Below, one piece after another: positions 29,680-40,228 of a stretch of 64,000 nt of DNA. The stretch lies in assembly GCF_009914755.1 (NCBI RefSeq), contig NC_060925.1, one strand, 5' to 3'. Below the pieces are notes generated by a model that was not told the origin of the DNA, did not search any database, and saw only the letters and a program-made list of their open reading frames with translations. Position 1 is the first letter of the stretch. The number at the start of each line of letters is the position of its first letter. A program made the position numbers and the translations under genes. This DNA comes from the human T2T-CHM13v2.0 reference genome, Homo sapiens.

Positions 29680-29786
29680 CGCAGAAAATGCCACGTTCGC
29701 TGACAGAGAAAAGATACTTTTCCAGTTTGGGCTCACAGCCCAGCTTCTCCAGACGCCCGTAGCAGCAGTCGTGGGCGTGGCAGCAC
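29680..29786 (-). CDS. PLA2G2E: PLA2G2E exon 3
   Basis: 107 bp, AG/GT bounded. CCHAHDCCYGRLEKLGCEPKLEKYLFSVSERGIFC contains the sPLA2 catalytic CCxxHDxC motif. Confidence 0.97.
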
Positions 29787-29998
29787 CTGTAAGGGTCATG
29801 GTTGACCTGGAGGGACCTGTGAGCCAGGCTGGGCTGGACCAGGGGCTGCTCGGGGCCCCCGAGCCCAAAGCAGCCCAGAGGAGAGATCAGCCTGAATTTT
29901 CCAGGTGCCCCCAGGCTTCCCTCCTTCTCCCAGGATCCTCCCAGGATCCCCCAGCTCCTCCATCCCCATGGAGGTCCCCCTGCAGGCTGCTTCCTCAC

Positions 29999-30137
29999 CA
30001 GTCAGTCTGGTCCACCGGCCAGTGGGAGCCACCGATGCCGCAGTAACAGCCATAGTCGTTGTACTGCAGGGCGGACTTGCCTGTCATCTTCTCGATCATC
30101 ACCCCAAACTGAACCAGGTTCCCGGTGACCAGAGCCA
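29999..30137 (-). CDS. PLA2G2E: PLA2G2E exon 2
   Basis: 139 bp. (V)[45 protein letters not shown](W), containing the Ca2+ loop YGCYCGxGG. Confidence 0.97.
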
Positions 30138-30901
30138 CTGCAGAGAGGGAGAGGGAGAGGGAGAGGGAGGGCCCCACCCTCTGCAGCCAACTTCCCCTGA
30201 TGTCCCCTCAAATCTGATCACAGGCATCTCTCCAGTTGTCCAGTTAAGCTCACCTCCCCAAAGCAACCCACTCTCAACAACAACCGTGGTAATAAGTAAT
30301 AATATTGCCAGTGACATCCGTTGCACCTTCATCCCCTAGTCCTCTCCTCCAGTGTGTCAGCGCCCCCAGTGTCCCCTCCCACTCTTCTATCTACTACAGT
30401 GTCACTCATTCACCCCTTCCAGGGGCTCCCCACCAGCCACCAGTCCTCCCCAGGTGTCAGCCCTTATCTCACCCAGGAACACTCTGTCCCCCCAGGTCTC
30501 ATCAGATGGCACTGGACCTGTCTCCTGACCACCTCAGCTGACCTCCCCAAATTCTTCCCGGTGCTCCTGACTCAGCCATGGGACTGAATCCTGCCCACCT
30601 TGGCAGGTTGGAGCCAAACATGGAAGCTAGGATAGGAGAAGGAGCCTAGGGTGTGCCATCCGGGAAGCGCCAGCCCCTGGCCCATGCCCCTCACCCCTCC
30701 CAGCCTGCATTCTCCTCCCCTCTGCTCCAGCCACCGCTGGCTCAGGCAAAACTGGCCTCAGGGTCACCCTGGTGGCAGGAAGGGGGCAGCCTCCAGTGTT
30801 TGGCATCCACCACACCCTCGGTAGGGCCAGGCTCAGGGGCATCCAGGGAGCTTGGGGTTGCCAGATGGGGCAGAAGGCTGAAGGTCACAAAGATCACTTA
30901 C

Positions 30902-30941
30902 CCAGGAGGCAAAGGAACACCAGCACGTGGGGAGATTTCAT
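30902..30941 (-). CDS. PLA2G2E: PLA2G2E exon 1, coding part (signal peptide)
   Basis: ATG at 30941-30939, MKSPHVLVFLCLL then G|GTAAGT. The four exons total 40+139+107+143 = 429 nt = 142 aa plus stop. Confidence 0.95.
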
Positions 30942-31036
30942 CCCAGGTTGGGGGGAAGGGAGGTGCACAAGGAGCATAAAAGGCAGCAGAAGAAAGCAGC
31001 AGGGCCACCTCTGATCTCAGGGAGCCTCCTAATTAG

Positions 31037-31043
31037 TTAAATA
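31037..31043 (-). promoter_or_regulatory. TATA-like box (TATTTAA) of PLA2G2E
   Basis: TATTTAA on the - strand ~100 nt upstream of the ATG. The same variant box is known from the PLA2G2A promoter. Confidence 0.55.
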
Positions 31044-32347
31044 CCCAGGTCCTGTCCACTCCCTGTCATTAACCCGTGAGTGCCCAGTGATGCAACGATT
31101 CTTCCAGGTCTGACACTTTGGCCAAGTCCCCGGGGAGGGGCCAGCTGGGGCCTGTGGGCTCTGCTTCCAGGCAGTGTGGGGGATGGCGGGCAATCTCGTG
31201 GCTCTTTCTACTCACACCCTTCCCATCACCCACCCTTTCCAAAAAATCATCCATTGACCACGCTGTGAGGCGCGGGCTGTGCCAGGTGCTTGTCATTCTT
31301 GGTATCTTTTCCTCATCTCCACTTGACTGAGACTCAGAGAGACTGAAAAACCTCAGTTCTCACAGCCTGGAGGTGCCCAGGGCCAAGTCCGTCCTGTTTC
31401 AGAGTTTCCACCCAGGCAGAACCGGAGGCAGGAGGCCCTGGCCTGGCCTGGCGCTTCCCCTCCCCGACCCTCCTGCTCTGGTCTGTGACTGGGATCACTG
31501 ACCCTGCACCTCCGTCACCGTTCAGGGCCTGGGAGTCGCTGGGTCTGTGGCCTTGGAGTCCTGGTTCCACTGCGTATTAGGCGGCCGTGGGCAGGTCCTT
31601 TCCCTTGCTTGGAACCTCAGTTTTCCTGCCTGTATTATGAGGATAGAAGGTGTCCCTCTTGCCTCCCGCACAGGAGGATGGAAAACTCACACGCAACCAG
31701 GCAGCCAGCCCTCACCAAGTACTTGCTATGCACCAGGCGCTGTGCCAAGCCCCTTTCAAGCAGGACCACAGCCCCATCACGTGGGTGCTGCAGTCATCCC
31801 CATCTTACAGAGGAGGGAAACTGAGGCACATGCATAAGTGATGAGCTAGAATTTAAACCCAGGCAACATAAAGGGCTTCACCTGGGCCAACTCATCCAGC
31901 ACGAAGTGGAGGTGGTGCCTAGCAGCCATACTACTTTTAACCCCAACAGAATGTGTTACTTTCTTATAAAAGTAGGAGAAAAACCAGTACCATCCCACCT
32001 GGATTATATTTGTCTTCAAACCAAGACAGTCATAACATTTAATATATGGAGGAAGAGCCCACAAAGGCTGATGTGCCCAGGGCCCGTGACAACCGGTGTA
32101 CTGCAGCCCTCGGCCTAACCAGCGGGCTCCAGGCTTCAGGAGCTGGTCTAGGGCCTGGTGCCAGCCTCCGTTCCAGGAGAGGAGACTAAACCCACTGAGT
32201 CTGGGTCTCACCCTACAGGCTGGAAGGAATCCCGACACAAATTCCCTGACCCCAACCAGCCGGAGGATAGAGGCCCGGGGAGGTTTCGCCTTGGAGTAAG
32301 GAGAGGAGGGCTGAGTGTTCATACTCTTACGTTAAAAACCTTTTATC

Positions 32348-32731
<384 letters not shown>

Positions 32732-32815
32732 TCATGCTGGGCTCTTCTCACCCTGTTTCAGAGAAGACTTGCGGGGAGAAGGGGTCAGAGAGGTGAGTCC
32801 ACCTGCCCAGGATCA

Positions 32816-32977
32816 CCTAGCAGCTGTGAGTCATGGTCTCCTGAAAAGAGAGACCTTTGTTCACGATTTCCTTTTGATCTCCTGGCAGCCCCTGCCTCTC
32901 CTGGCCTGGGTTACGAGAGCCCAAACAGTGAATCACTGAGGAGTTACCTTCTAAACAACTGAAAATTAGCGTCGATT
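32816..32977 (+). repeat. 162-bp direct repeat, donor copy
   Basis: Aligns without gaps to 34105-34266 (offset 1289) with ~9 mismatches. Confidence 0.93.
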
Positions 32978-33792
32978 CCCTAGTAGGTTTGGCCCACAGC
33001 CATTCCTGTGGTGGCATAAGGGGTGTTTCCCAGGAAGGGCCAGGTTTCTGAGACGATCCTTTTTGTGACCCATTTTGAATCCTGGCCTGGCTAGGACAGG
33101 GCTCCTTCAAGTCCCTGCAGGTCTACACCTGTAGCAGAAAAGTAAAGACTGTAGGGCCAGAGCCAAGCAGAAAAAGGCAGGCAGGCTTCCAGGCGGAGAT
33201 GCTCTCAGTTGAGGTTTAAAGATGGAGTGTTGGTAGGACTTGTTCTTGGAGGACAGTTCAGACATTTGGGGAAAGGTAATTGATTTTATGGTCTCCACCC
33301 ATTGGCACAATGCAGTAGAAAGCATCAGCAAGACCAGAGCTTAAGTGATGGCTTCTGCACTTAGGGGCTGTGTGATCTTGGCCAGTCCCATCACTTCTCT
33401 GAGTCCAGCTTCATCATCCATAAAATAGAGGTAACTAGACTGTCCTGTCAAGGTTGTAGACCAGAAGAAATGGAAATGAAATGAAATGTGGAAAGCCATT
33501 GCAGGAGGCCTTGCCCGGGAGCCATAAATATTGGGTCCCTCCTTTTCTCCTTTCCCTGGCCACGGAGAAAGCAGATGCCCCAGGAGCTCAAGGCACTTAC
33601 TCCCACTGGGATATAGCATGTGGCCTGGCCAGGGCTCCCAGCACTTTGATGGGATTACTGTCCCTACTTGACAGGTTTTAACTTTCACGATGGAGGGTTG
33701 TTAGGGTGGAGGTGAGTGGAGGGAACAGGGCCCAGCCTCTCAGTGATATCTTTTTTTTCTTAGTATAAACTTCTTCCTTTTAGCTTAGAAGC

Positions 33793-33942
33793 CACCACCA
33801 TCATCATCATCATAATCACTATCAGTATCATCATCGTCAATATTACCATCATCACCATCACCATCATTGTCATCACCATCAATATTACCATCATCATCAC
33901 CATTGCCATCACCATCACCATCTTCATCACCATCAATATCAT
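33793..33942 (+). repeat. (CAT/CAC)n low-complexity tract, left part
   Basis: Degenerate CAT/CAC/TAT triplets. The tract resumes at 40229 after the nested insertions. Confidence 0.93.
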
Positions 33943-34080
33943 TTATATGGTTTTTATCTGTGTCCCTACCCAAATCTCACATTGAGATGTAATCCCCAAT
34001 GCTGGAGATGGGGCCTGATGGGAGGTGATTGGATCATGGGGGCAGTTTCTAATGGTTTAGTACCATTCCCCTAGTGCTGT
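33943..34080 (+). mobile_element. MSTA-type MaLR LTR, left fragment
   Basis: TATATGGTTT..TGTGTCCCTACCCAAATCTCA...GGGAGGTGATTGGATCATGGGGGC. Left TSD ATCAT. Confidence 0.8.
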
Positions 34081-34104
34081 TTTCTAATGGTTTAGTACCA
34101 TTCC

Positions 34105-34266
34105 CCTAGCAGCTGTGAGTCATGGTCTCCTGAAAAGGGAGACCTTTGTTCACCATTTCCTTTTGATCTCCTGGCAGCCCCTGGCTCTCCTCGCCTGGGT
34201 TACAAGAGCCCAAACAATGAATCACTGCGGAGTTACCTTCTAAACAACTGAAAATTAGTGTCAATT
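34105..34266 (+). repeat. 162-bp direct repeat, templated copy at the provirus junction
   Basis: Copy of 32816-32977 joined through CCTAG microhomology. Preceded by an exact 29-bp duplication (34046-34074 = 34081-34109). Confidence 0.93.
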
Positions 34267-34268
34267 TT

Positions 34269-34805
34269 CACCACCTGTAGAGTACCTGAAGTCCGGTGGC
34301 ACCAAAGAAATGAGAAAAGACAGGTTAAGAGTTCATAAAGGTGGGAGCCAGGGGGCCAGTTGCAAAATGGAGGCTGCAAAAGGCTCAGAGCTCTGGTCTC
34401 CACACTATTTATTGAGTACAATTATTTAGATCTAAGAAGCAGACGTTCAGGGTGAAACAGTGAAAGGGTGGCAGTGCATCATAGGCGTAATTTATAGCAA
34501 TAGTGGTTTAAATGAATCTACTTTGTGCTCAAACAGTATATCTTTAACTTATCAGAGAGTAGCTAGTGGGAGTGGGCTTAACTAGGAGCCTGCACGTCTG
34601 TCCACATTCCAGTGCTTCAAAGGAGTGTATTTCTCCTTGAACACAGTGTTTACAGATAAGAGAGCGGGTCTCGCTCTGAGCATGGGAACATGATGGCAAT
34701 TAGGAGGCTTTCCTCCTCAGAGGCCTCTAGTGGCTTTCCACAACTTATTGTCCTATATTTTTATGGCCAGTTTATACAGGTACCCCACAAGCCCTTTTCC
34801 CAACA
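34269..34805 (-). mobile_element. 3' LTR (LTR14), U5 end truncated by 19 nt
   Basis: ~93-94% identical to 39565-40096 by manual count. AATAAA on - at 34407-34412. PPT (AAAAAAAGGAAAAAGGGGGG) lies immediately upstream at ~34808-34827. Confidence 0.9.
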
Positions 34806-34809
34806 TGCC

Positions 34810-36800
34810 CCCCTTTTTCCTTTTTTAAAACCACCATTGCTATTATGGCTTGTTCGTGGTGTCTGGTTTTTTTTTTAGAGGCGTCTTTCGCATCTGTAGA
34901 CTAAAGGCCAACAGTATAAACAGATACACATTAGCACAATTTGCAATAGTTGATCCTCCAGTGGTCTTAAATCATTTAAGAGCGTTTACATTTGAAAGTC
35001 CATCAGCAGCTCCAGTGAGAGTGTGTTAGTTCCAGGCAGGGGAGTTAAATGAGCCTGAGATGCTTTAAAAACCTGTTCCTTAAATTTGGCTATATTTAAT
35101 GTTAAATTTTTATTCTTTCCTTCCAGATGATGTCTAACTTTTTTCTAATGATGTTTAGTACCATTATATGAATGGGGAGTTATGCAGAAATCAGAGGTAT
35201 TCCAATTACATTGCATTTGCAATCGATGCTCTAAGCTCATTATACGATCTCCTATCTAAATAACAGTCTAAGATAATTTGTTTGGTTTGCCAATTGTTGG
35301 TCTATCTGGGTCTGAGAATTCTACAATTTTGCGGAATTCTTTTGTCAATTATTTACATCTTTTGCAGTTTGAACAGAGGAGTGTAAAGCAATTCTAGCAG
35401 CCACAGCAGTAGCTGTGACTGCAATAAGGCCTATAATGACTGCTATAAGGGTAAAAATAAATTTTTTTGTTCTGGTAAACACTCCTTTTAACATTTCTGT
35501 GATGATATATGAATGGAAGGAGAGGCTTCCTAAGGTCTGTTGAGGGAAACCGGTATCCAAACTCCTTCTCTAGCCTTCACCAGCAACACAGATGTTTTTA
35601 CATCAAATGTGGAATCAATACACGTGAAAAGGCAACAGTTTTGACAAGTAATAGTTTGAGAATTAGGTCGAATATCAATATTTCCGACCATCAACATAAA
35701 AGGAGGCTTGAAACAACTTTGAATGGGCACCGTTCAGTTGGAAGAAACCTGATACACAAATTGAAGTCTCTCACTTTCTTTTTTAAGATAATATTTTTCT
35801 TCCTAAACCTGAATATGAGATTGGGCCATTAACTTCCATAATTTGGGATGTTCAGGGCCCATTATTGGATTAATCATTTTAGGTTGTGGGCCGGCTGCAC
35901 CAAAATCGGTCTAAGTTATGGGAAACTGGGCACGTTTTTTAGTGTAAATAGTGTCATCTTTTTGATTGTGTAGTATCTGTTTTAGTCCTGTCTTGCATCT
36001 ATTATTCTCATTGGTACAATTAACTGCAAAGGTCCCCTTAGGGGACCAATCAATGACAATTCCATAGAAATTATTTTGTAGTACCACAGCGTGATCAGAG
36101 ATGCAATTTTTTCCCAAATCAATATTTCTAAATTCTTTGACCATTGTTGAGGTTGTTGACACCTCTCTTTTCTGGGCTTGAACTGTTTTAATTGAACCAA
36201 ACTTTGTGAATGATCTGGGCTCCATCCAGAAAATAAATGATAGGATACCGGTCTTTGATTATGACCTGGAATTTTAACTAGCCAATGTTGTCAGTAGCCT
36301 TTTAAGCAACCGATAGCCGGCCCTATGCAAAGAGGGGGGAACTGATAACCCATGGACACATTTATTAACATTCCTTCCTCCTCTGGGTGAGAGGGCCCAC
36401 GAGGGTCTGTAGGCTCAGGCATCCAAACACTATCATTAATATAAACCTCAACTGGGGGTTCCAACTATGTGATAGGCCTAATTAAAGGCAGAAATGGGAC
36501 ATATGCCTAATAGGTATAATTTTGGTCTGCTGTAGCCACAGGGAGACTTACCGCCATAGTAATTACTGCAATTATAGCCACCATCAGGTGACTTGCGGTT
36601 AGTGGTTTTTGTTGTGCTTTTCGTTTTTTTTCTGCAAGCTGGGTCAGCCTCTTGATCTGTCCTCAAGTCGGTGGGCTTGCTTGATGGGTTTTGTTGGTCT
36701 TCATCTGGTCGGCTGAAACATTCATTCGAGCCATCAGGCATGCTGGGAGGTGGAGATCTTGGTTCCAAAATCCTTTTCTCTTCTTTGGAATTTTGCTCAT
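34810..36800 (-). pseudogene. HML-10 env (and rec) remnant
   Basis: MSKIPKKRK...PPT*GQIKRLTQLA...AYVPFLPLIRP...[16 protein letters not shown]...[23 protein letters not shown] (cleavage site and fusion peptide)...[12 protein letters not shown], homologous to HML-2 Env. Many stops. Confidence 0.88.
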
Positions 36801-37900
36801 GGTAGAGTTTAAGACGTCTTGTAGGTACCTAAACTGGAAGCTGGTTTTCTCCTGGGGAAATACAAGCAAACCCTCTTCCCCAAGTTATAACTCTCCTTCT
36901 TTCCTAGGACTTTGTTTTAAAGTCCTTCCACCACACAGGTTTTCCCTCATGAACATTTACCTTCTGTCCTGTTAAATGCTGTTCAGCTGCTGTAGTAACG
37001 TGATTCCGGGAGATGTTCAAAAAATTTAAGGTAACAAGAGCCCATTGTAATTGCATATGAGGGGTGGAATTTTCCCTATCTCCCTCTATTTTCTGTTTAT
37101 GTAATTGCATTTTTAAGGTTCGATTGGCTCACTCAACAATCGTTTGCCCTTGAGAATTATAGGGGATACTCATACTGTGTTCAATGCTCTATTGTTTTAA
37201 AAATGTTTGGAAAGATTTACTAAAGTAGCCTGGTCCATTGTTTGTTTTTAATTTTTGTGGAATTTACAACAGCAAAACAGGAAAGCAGGTGTCTTTTTAT
37301 ATGTGCTGCAGCCTTGCTGGTTTGGCAAGTAGCTCATATAAAATGAGAATATCTATGATCACATGGACATAAGAAAGTTTGCCAAAGGCAGCAACATGGG
37401 TGACATCCATTTGTCAGATCATGTTAGGTGTCAACCCTCGAGGGTTAACACCAGTTTCTTGATGGGATAGTTGCAGTACCTGGCACTGAGGACGATGTTG
37501 TACAATGTCCTTGGCCTGTTTCCACATAATTTGATATTTGTTTTTAAGTCCTGCTGCGTTAAGGTGTGTTAATGAGTGGAAACTTTGGGCATCAGTAAGT
37601 ATGGGGGAAACCAACAAGTCAGCTTGCTCATTAGCCTCAGTCAAGCATTCTGGAAGATTGGTATGTGCTCAGATATGAGTTACATAGAAAGGAAAATCCT
37701 GAGTATGCACGGTTGTTTGTAAAGAGTTGAACAATTGATAAAGCTGTTCATCAATAATATATTTAATGAAGGCAGTTTCAATATGCTGAGTAGCTTACAC
37801 AACATAAGCTGAGTCTGAAAGAATATTAACTGGCTGATTAAAATCTTTTAATACTGTAATCAATGCCTGTAATTCAGCTCTTTGGGCTGAGGAAAAGTTA
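36790..37900 (-). pseudogene. HML-10 pol remnant (RNase H and integrase only)
   Basis: [10 protein letters not shown]...[10 protein letters not shown] (RNase H); HSLTHLN...QCQ...GVNPRGL...QMDVTH (integrase zinc finger and core); WGRGFACISPGENQLPV. Confidence 0.88.
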
Positions 37901-39395
37901 TCGTGTGTTTTTGTTGTTTTGACCCTTCTCACGTTGTTTTTTAGTATGCCCCATTTGTCCACAATTTTAACAGGACCCTGAGAACTTTTGTGTGTTATTT
38001 CCAACTTTTAAACCTGCCATTGCCTGGCCTAGGAGGTTAGCTTTGTATACATGTCCTCCAATGCCATCACAGGCTTTAATATATTGACTTAATACCTTGT
38101 CTTTTGGTGCTTTTCTTTTAACAGGTCTAATGGCCGCCTGGCACTCAGAATTAGCATTCTCAAAGGCCTATAGTTGGACAATTGTCTCTCGGACATGTGC
38201 GTCCAAGATAGCCTTTTGAGCTGCATCTTTTAGGCAGGCAATGAAGTCTGGGTAAGGTTCATTAGGGCCCTGTCTGACTGAATTAAAGGAGGGATATGTA
38301 ACACTGGGATCCTGAATCTTCTCCCAGGCCCTCATACACACTGATCTGATTTATGCAATGGCTTCATCATTCATCACTATCTGTTGTTCTGTTGTACCCC
38401 AGGCTTGTCCTATTCCAAGCAATTGATCAGAGGTAATGTTAACAGGTGGCTGAGATCTAGCATTTCTATGCACCTGATTAGTGGCCTCATCTGTCCACCA
38501 AGGCTTAAATTGTAAAAATTGAGAAGGGGATAAAGTAGACCAAGTTAATGTCTCCCAATCATAGCGGCACAGACATTTGTCATAAGCCACAGCCTGTAAT
38601 AAGGTCTGAATATAAGGTGAGTTAGGTCCATACTGCCCTATTGCTTGTTTTAATCTTTTAATCTTTTAAAAGGAAAAGATTCCTAGTGAGCCTGAGCATG
38701 CCCCCCAGTCTGCTGAGGCGGTATTATAGTCACTGGAAACTACCAAGTCTCCAAGTCCCCACTTTCTCGTGACTGATGAATGGAAGCCTGTATGGCCCCT
38801 TCTCCATAGTGAACTGCAGGATGAGCCTGAATATCCCCCTCTCCATAACAAACTGCTGGTCAGGCAATAATGGGCACGGCGAGCTGAGTCTTGGGCTCCC
38901 TCCCCCTACACTCACTTGGCTGAGGAGGAGGTGGCCATTCTGGACATTCCTCTGAAGGAGGCATGGGCTGAACAATTTTCTGAGTAGGTTTAGGGAGACT
39001 AGGGGAATTGGGAGAAATCATCTCTGGACCCTCCTTTTTGTTAGTACTTGGTAGAGGTGGTTCAGAGTCCTGATCATTAAACTCCTCTCTCTCCTCCTCT
39101 GACTCAGCCTCATCATCTGTCTGAAAAGGCTCTGGTGCTGCACACACCAATGACCAAACTGACCAAACAGGCAAAGGATTTCCTTTCCCTTTCTATGTGC
39201 TCCTTTAAGGTCCTTTCCAACTCTTTCCCAATCTTTTAATTCCAAAGTTCCCTGTTCTGGGAACCAAGGGCAAAATTGTTCCACAGCATGAAAGAAATCC
39301 ATAAGTTTTTCTGTATCAACTTTTACCCTACCATGCTTCAAGAGCTGCTGTAGCAAGCTCAAATACATGATGTACTTACTTTCAGTTTGTCCCAT
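37900..39395 (-). pseudogene. HML-10 gag remnant (MA, CA, first zinc knuckle)
   Basis: ATG at 39395: MGQTESKY...FCPWFPEQGTLELKDWERVG (HML matrix); LSPSQFLQFKPWW and VRQGPNEPYPDF (capsid MHR); [13 protein letters not shown]. Frameshifted. Confidence 0.88.
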
Positions 39396-39524
39396 TTGTG
39401 TCCCTAGCTTTCTCCGAGTGCCCCGCTTACCTGCAGAGCTTGAAACTTTTTCATCCTTGGGAGTCCTTTGTCTGTTGGTCCTCTGTTTCACACACTTGAG
39501 TGTTCCTTCACCGGATTCTTTCAG

Positions 39525-39542
39525 GCCCCACGTTGGGCGCCA
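39525..39542 (-). promoter_or_regulatory. Primer binding site, tRNA-Lys
   Basis: TGGCGCCCAACGTGGGGC, 3 nt downstream of the 5' LTR. Confidence 0.92.
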
Positions 39543-39545
39543 GAA

Positions 39546-40096
39546 TGTTGGGGACCAGCCTCAACACCACCCGTAGGGTACCCAAAGTCCAATGGTGACA
39601 AAGGAATGAGAAAAGACAGGTTAAGAGTTCATAAAGGTGGGAGCCAGGGGACCAGTTGCAAAATGGAGGCTGCAAAAGGCTCAGAGCTCTGGTCTCCACA
39701 CTATTTATTGGGTACAATCACTTAGATGTAAAAAGCAGATGTTCAGGGTGAAACAGTGAAAGGGTGGCAGTGCATCATAGGTGTAATTTATAGCAATAGT
39801 AGTTTAAATGAATCTCCTTGTGCTCAGTGTATCTTTAACTTATTGGAGAGTAGCTAGTGGGAGTGGGCTTAACTAGGAGCCTGCATGTCTGTCCGCATTC
39901 CCATGCTTCAAAGGAGTGTCTTTCTCCTGGAACACAGTGTTTACAAATAAGAGAGCGGGTCTCGCTCTGAGCATGGGAACATGATGGCAATTAGGAGGCT
40001 TTCCTCCTCAGAGGCCTTTTGTGGCTTTTCACAACTTATTTTCCTATATTTTTATGGCCAGTTTATACAGGCACCCCACAAGCCCTTTTCCCAACA
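39546..40096 (-). mobile_element. 5' LTR (LTR14), intact ends
   Basis: 551 bp, TG...CA ends with TGTTGGG/CCCAACA inverted termini. Confidence 0.92.
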
Positions 40097-40228
40097 ATTT
40101 AAGTTTCCTGAGGCCTCCTGAGAAGCAGAAGCCACTATACTTCTTGTACAGCCTATAGAACCTCTTTTCTTTATAAATTACTCAGTTTCAGGTATTCCTT
40201 TATAACAACGCGAGAATGGACTAATAAA
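40097..40228 (+). mobile_element. MSTA-type MaLR LTR, right fragment
   Basis: AAGTTTCCTGAGGCCTCC...CCTCTTTTCTTTATAAATTACTCAGTTTCAGGTATTCCTTTATAACAAC...GGACTAATA. Right TSD ATCAC. Confidence 0.8.

Larger units (their letters stand above)
34269..40096 (-). mobile_element. HERV-K(C4)/HML-10 provirus (LTR14-HERVKC4), defective
   Basis: Two ~550-bp LTRs starting TGTTGGGAAAAGGGCTTGTGGGGT, a tRNA-Lys PBS, a PPT, and betaretroviral gag, RNaseH-IN and env remnants. The LTR matches my recollection of the HERV-K(C4) LTR. Confidence 0.88.

Noticed and set aside
29995-30177. [23 protein letters not shown]... as an alternative PLA2G2E N-terminus
   Set aside because: It starts at a non-ATG codon, and SLSLSL is just the (CTCTCC)n polypyrimidine tract of intron 1. 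The true exon 1 is at 30902-30941.
34264-34268. ATTTT on the left versus ATTTA at 40097 as a proviral TSD
   Set aside because: The left LTR end is truncated and most of these bases belong to the templated copy. A short AT-rich match is likely chance.
34269-40096. Assignment to HML-2 or HML-3 (MER9), or treatment as a new ERV
   Set aside because: The ~550-bp LTR matches the HERV-K(C4) LTR14 as I recall it, and I recall an HML-10 locus already catalogued at 1p36.13. The element itself is not novel.
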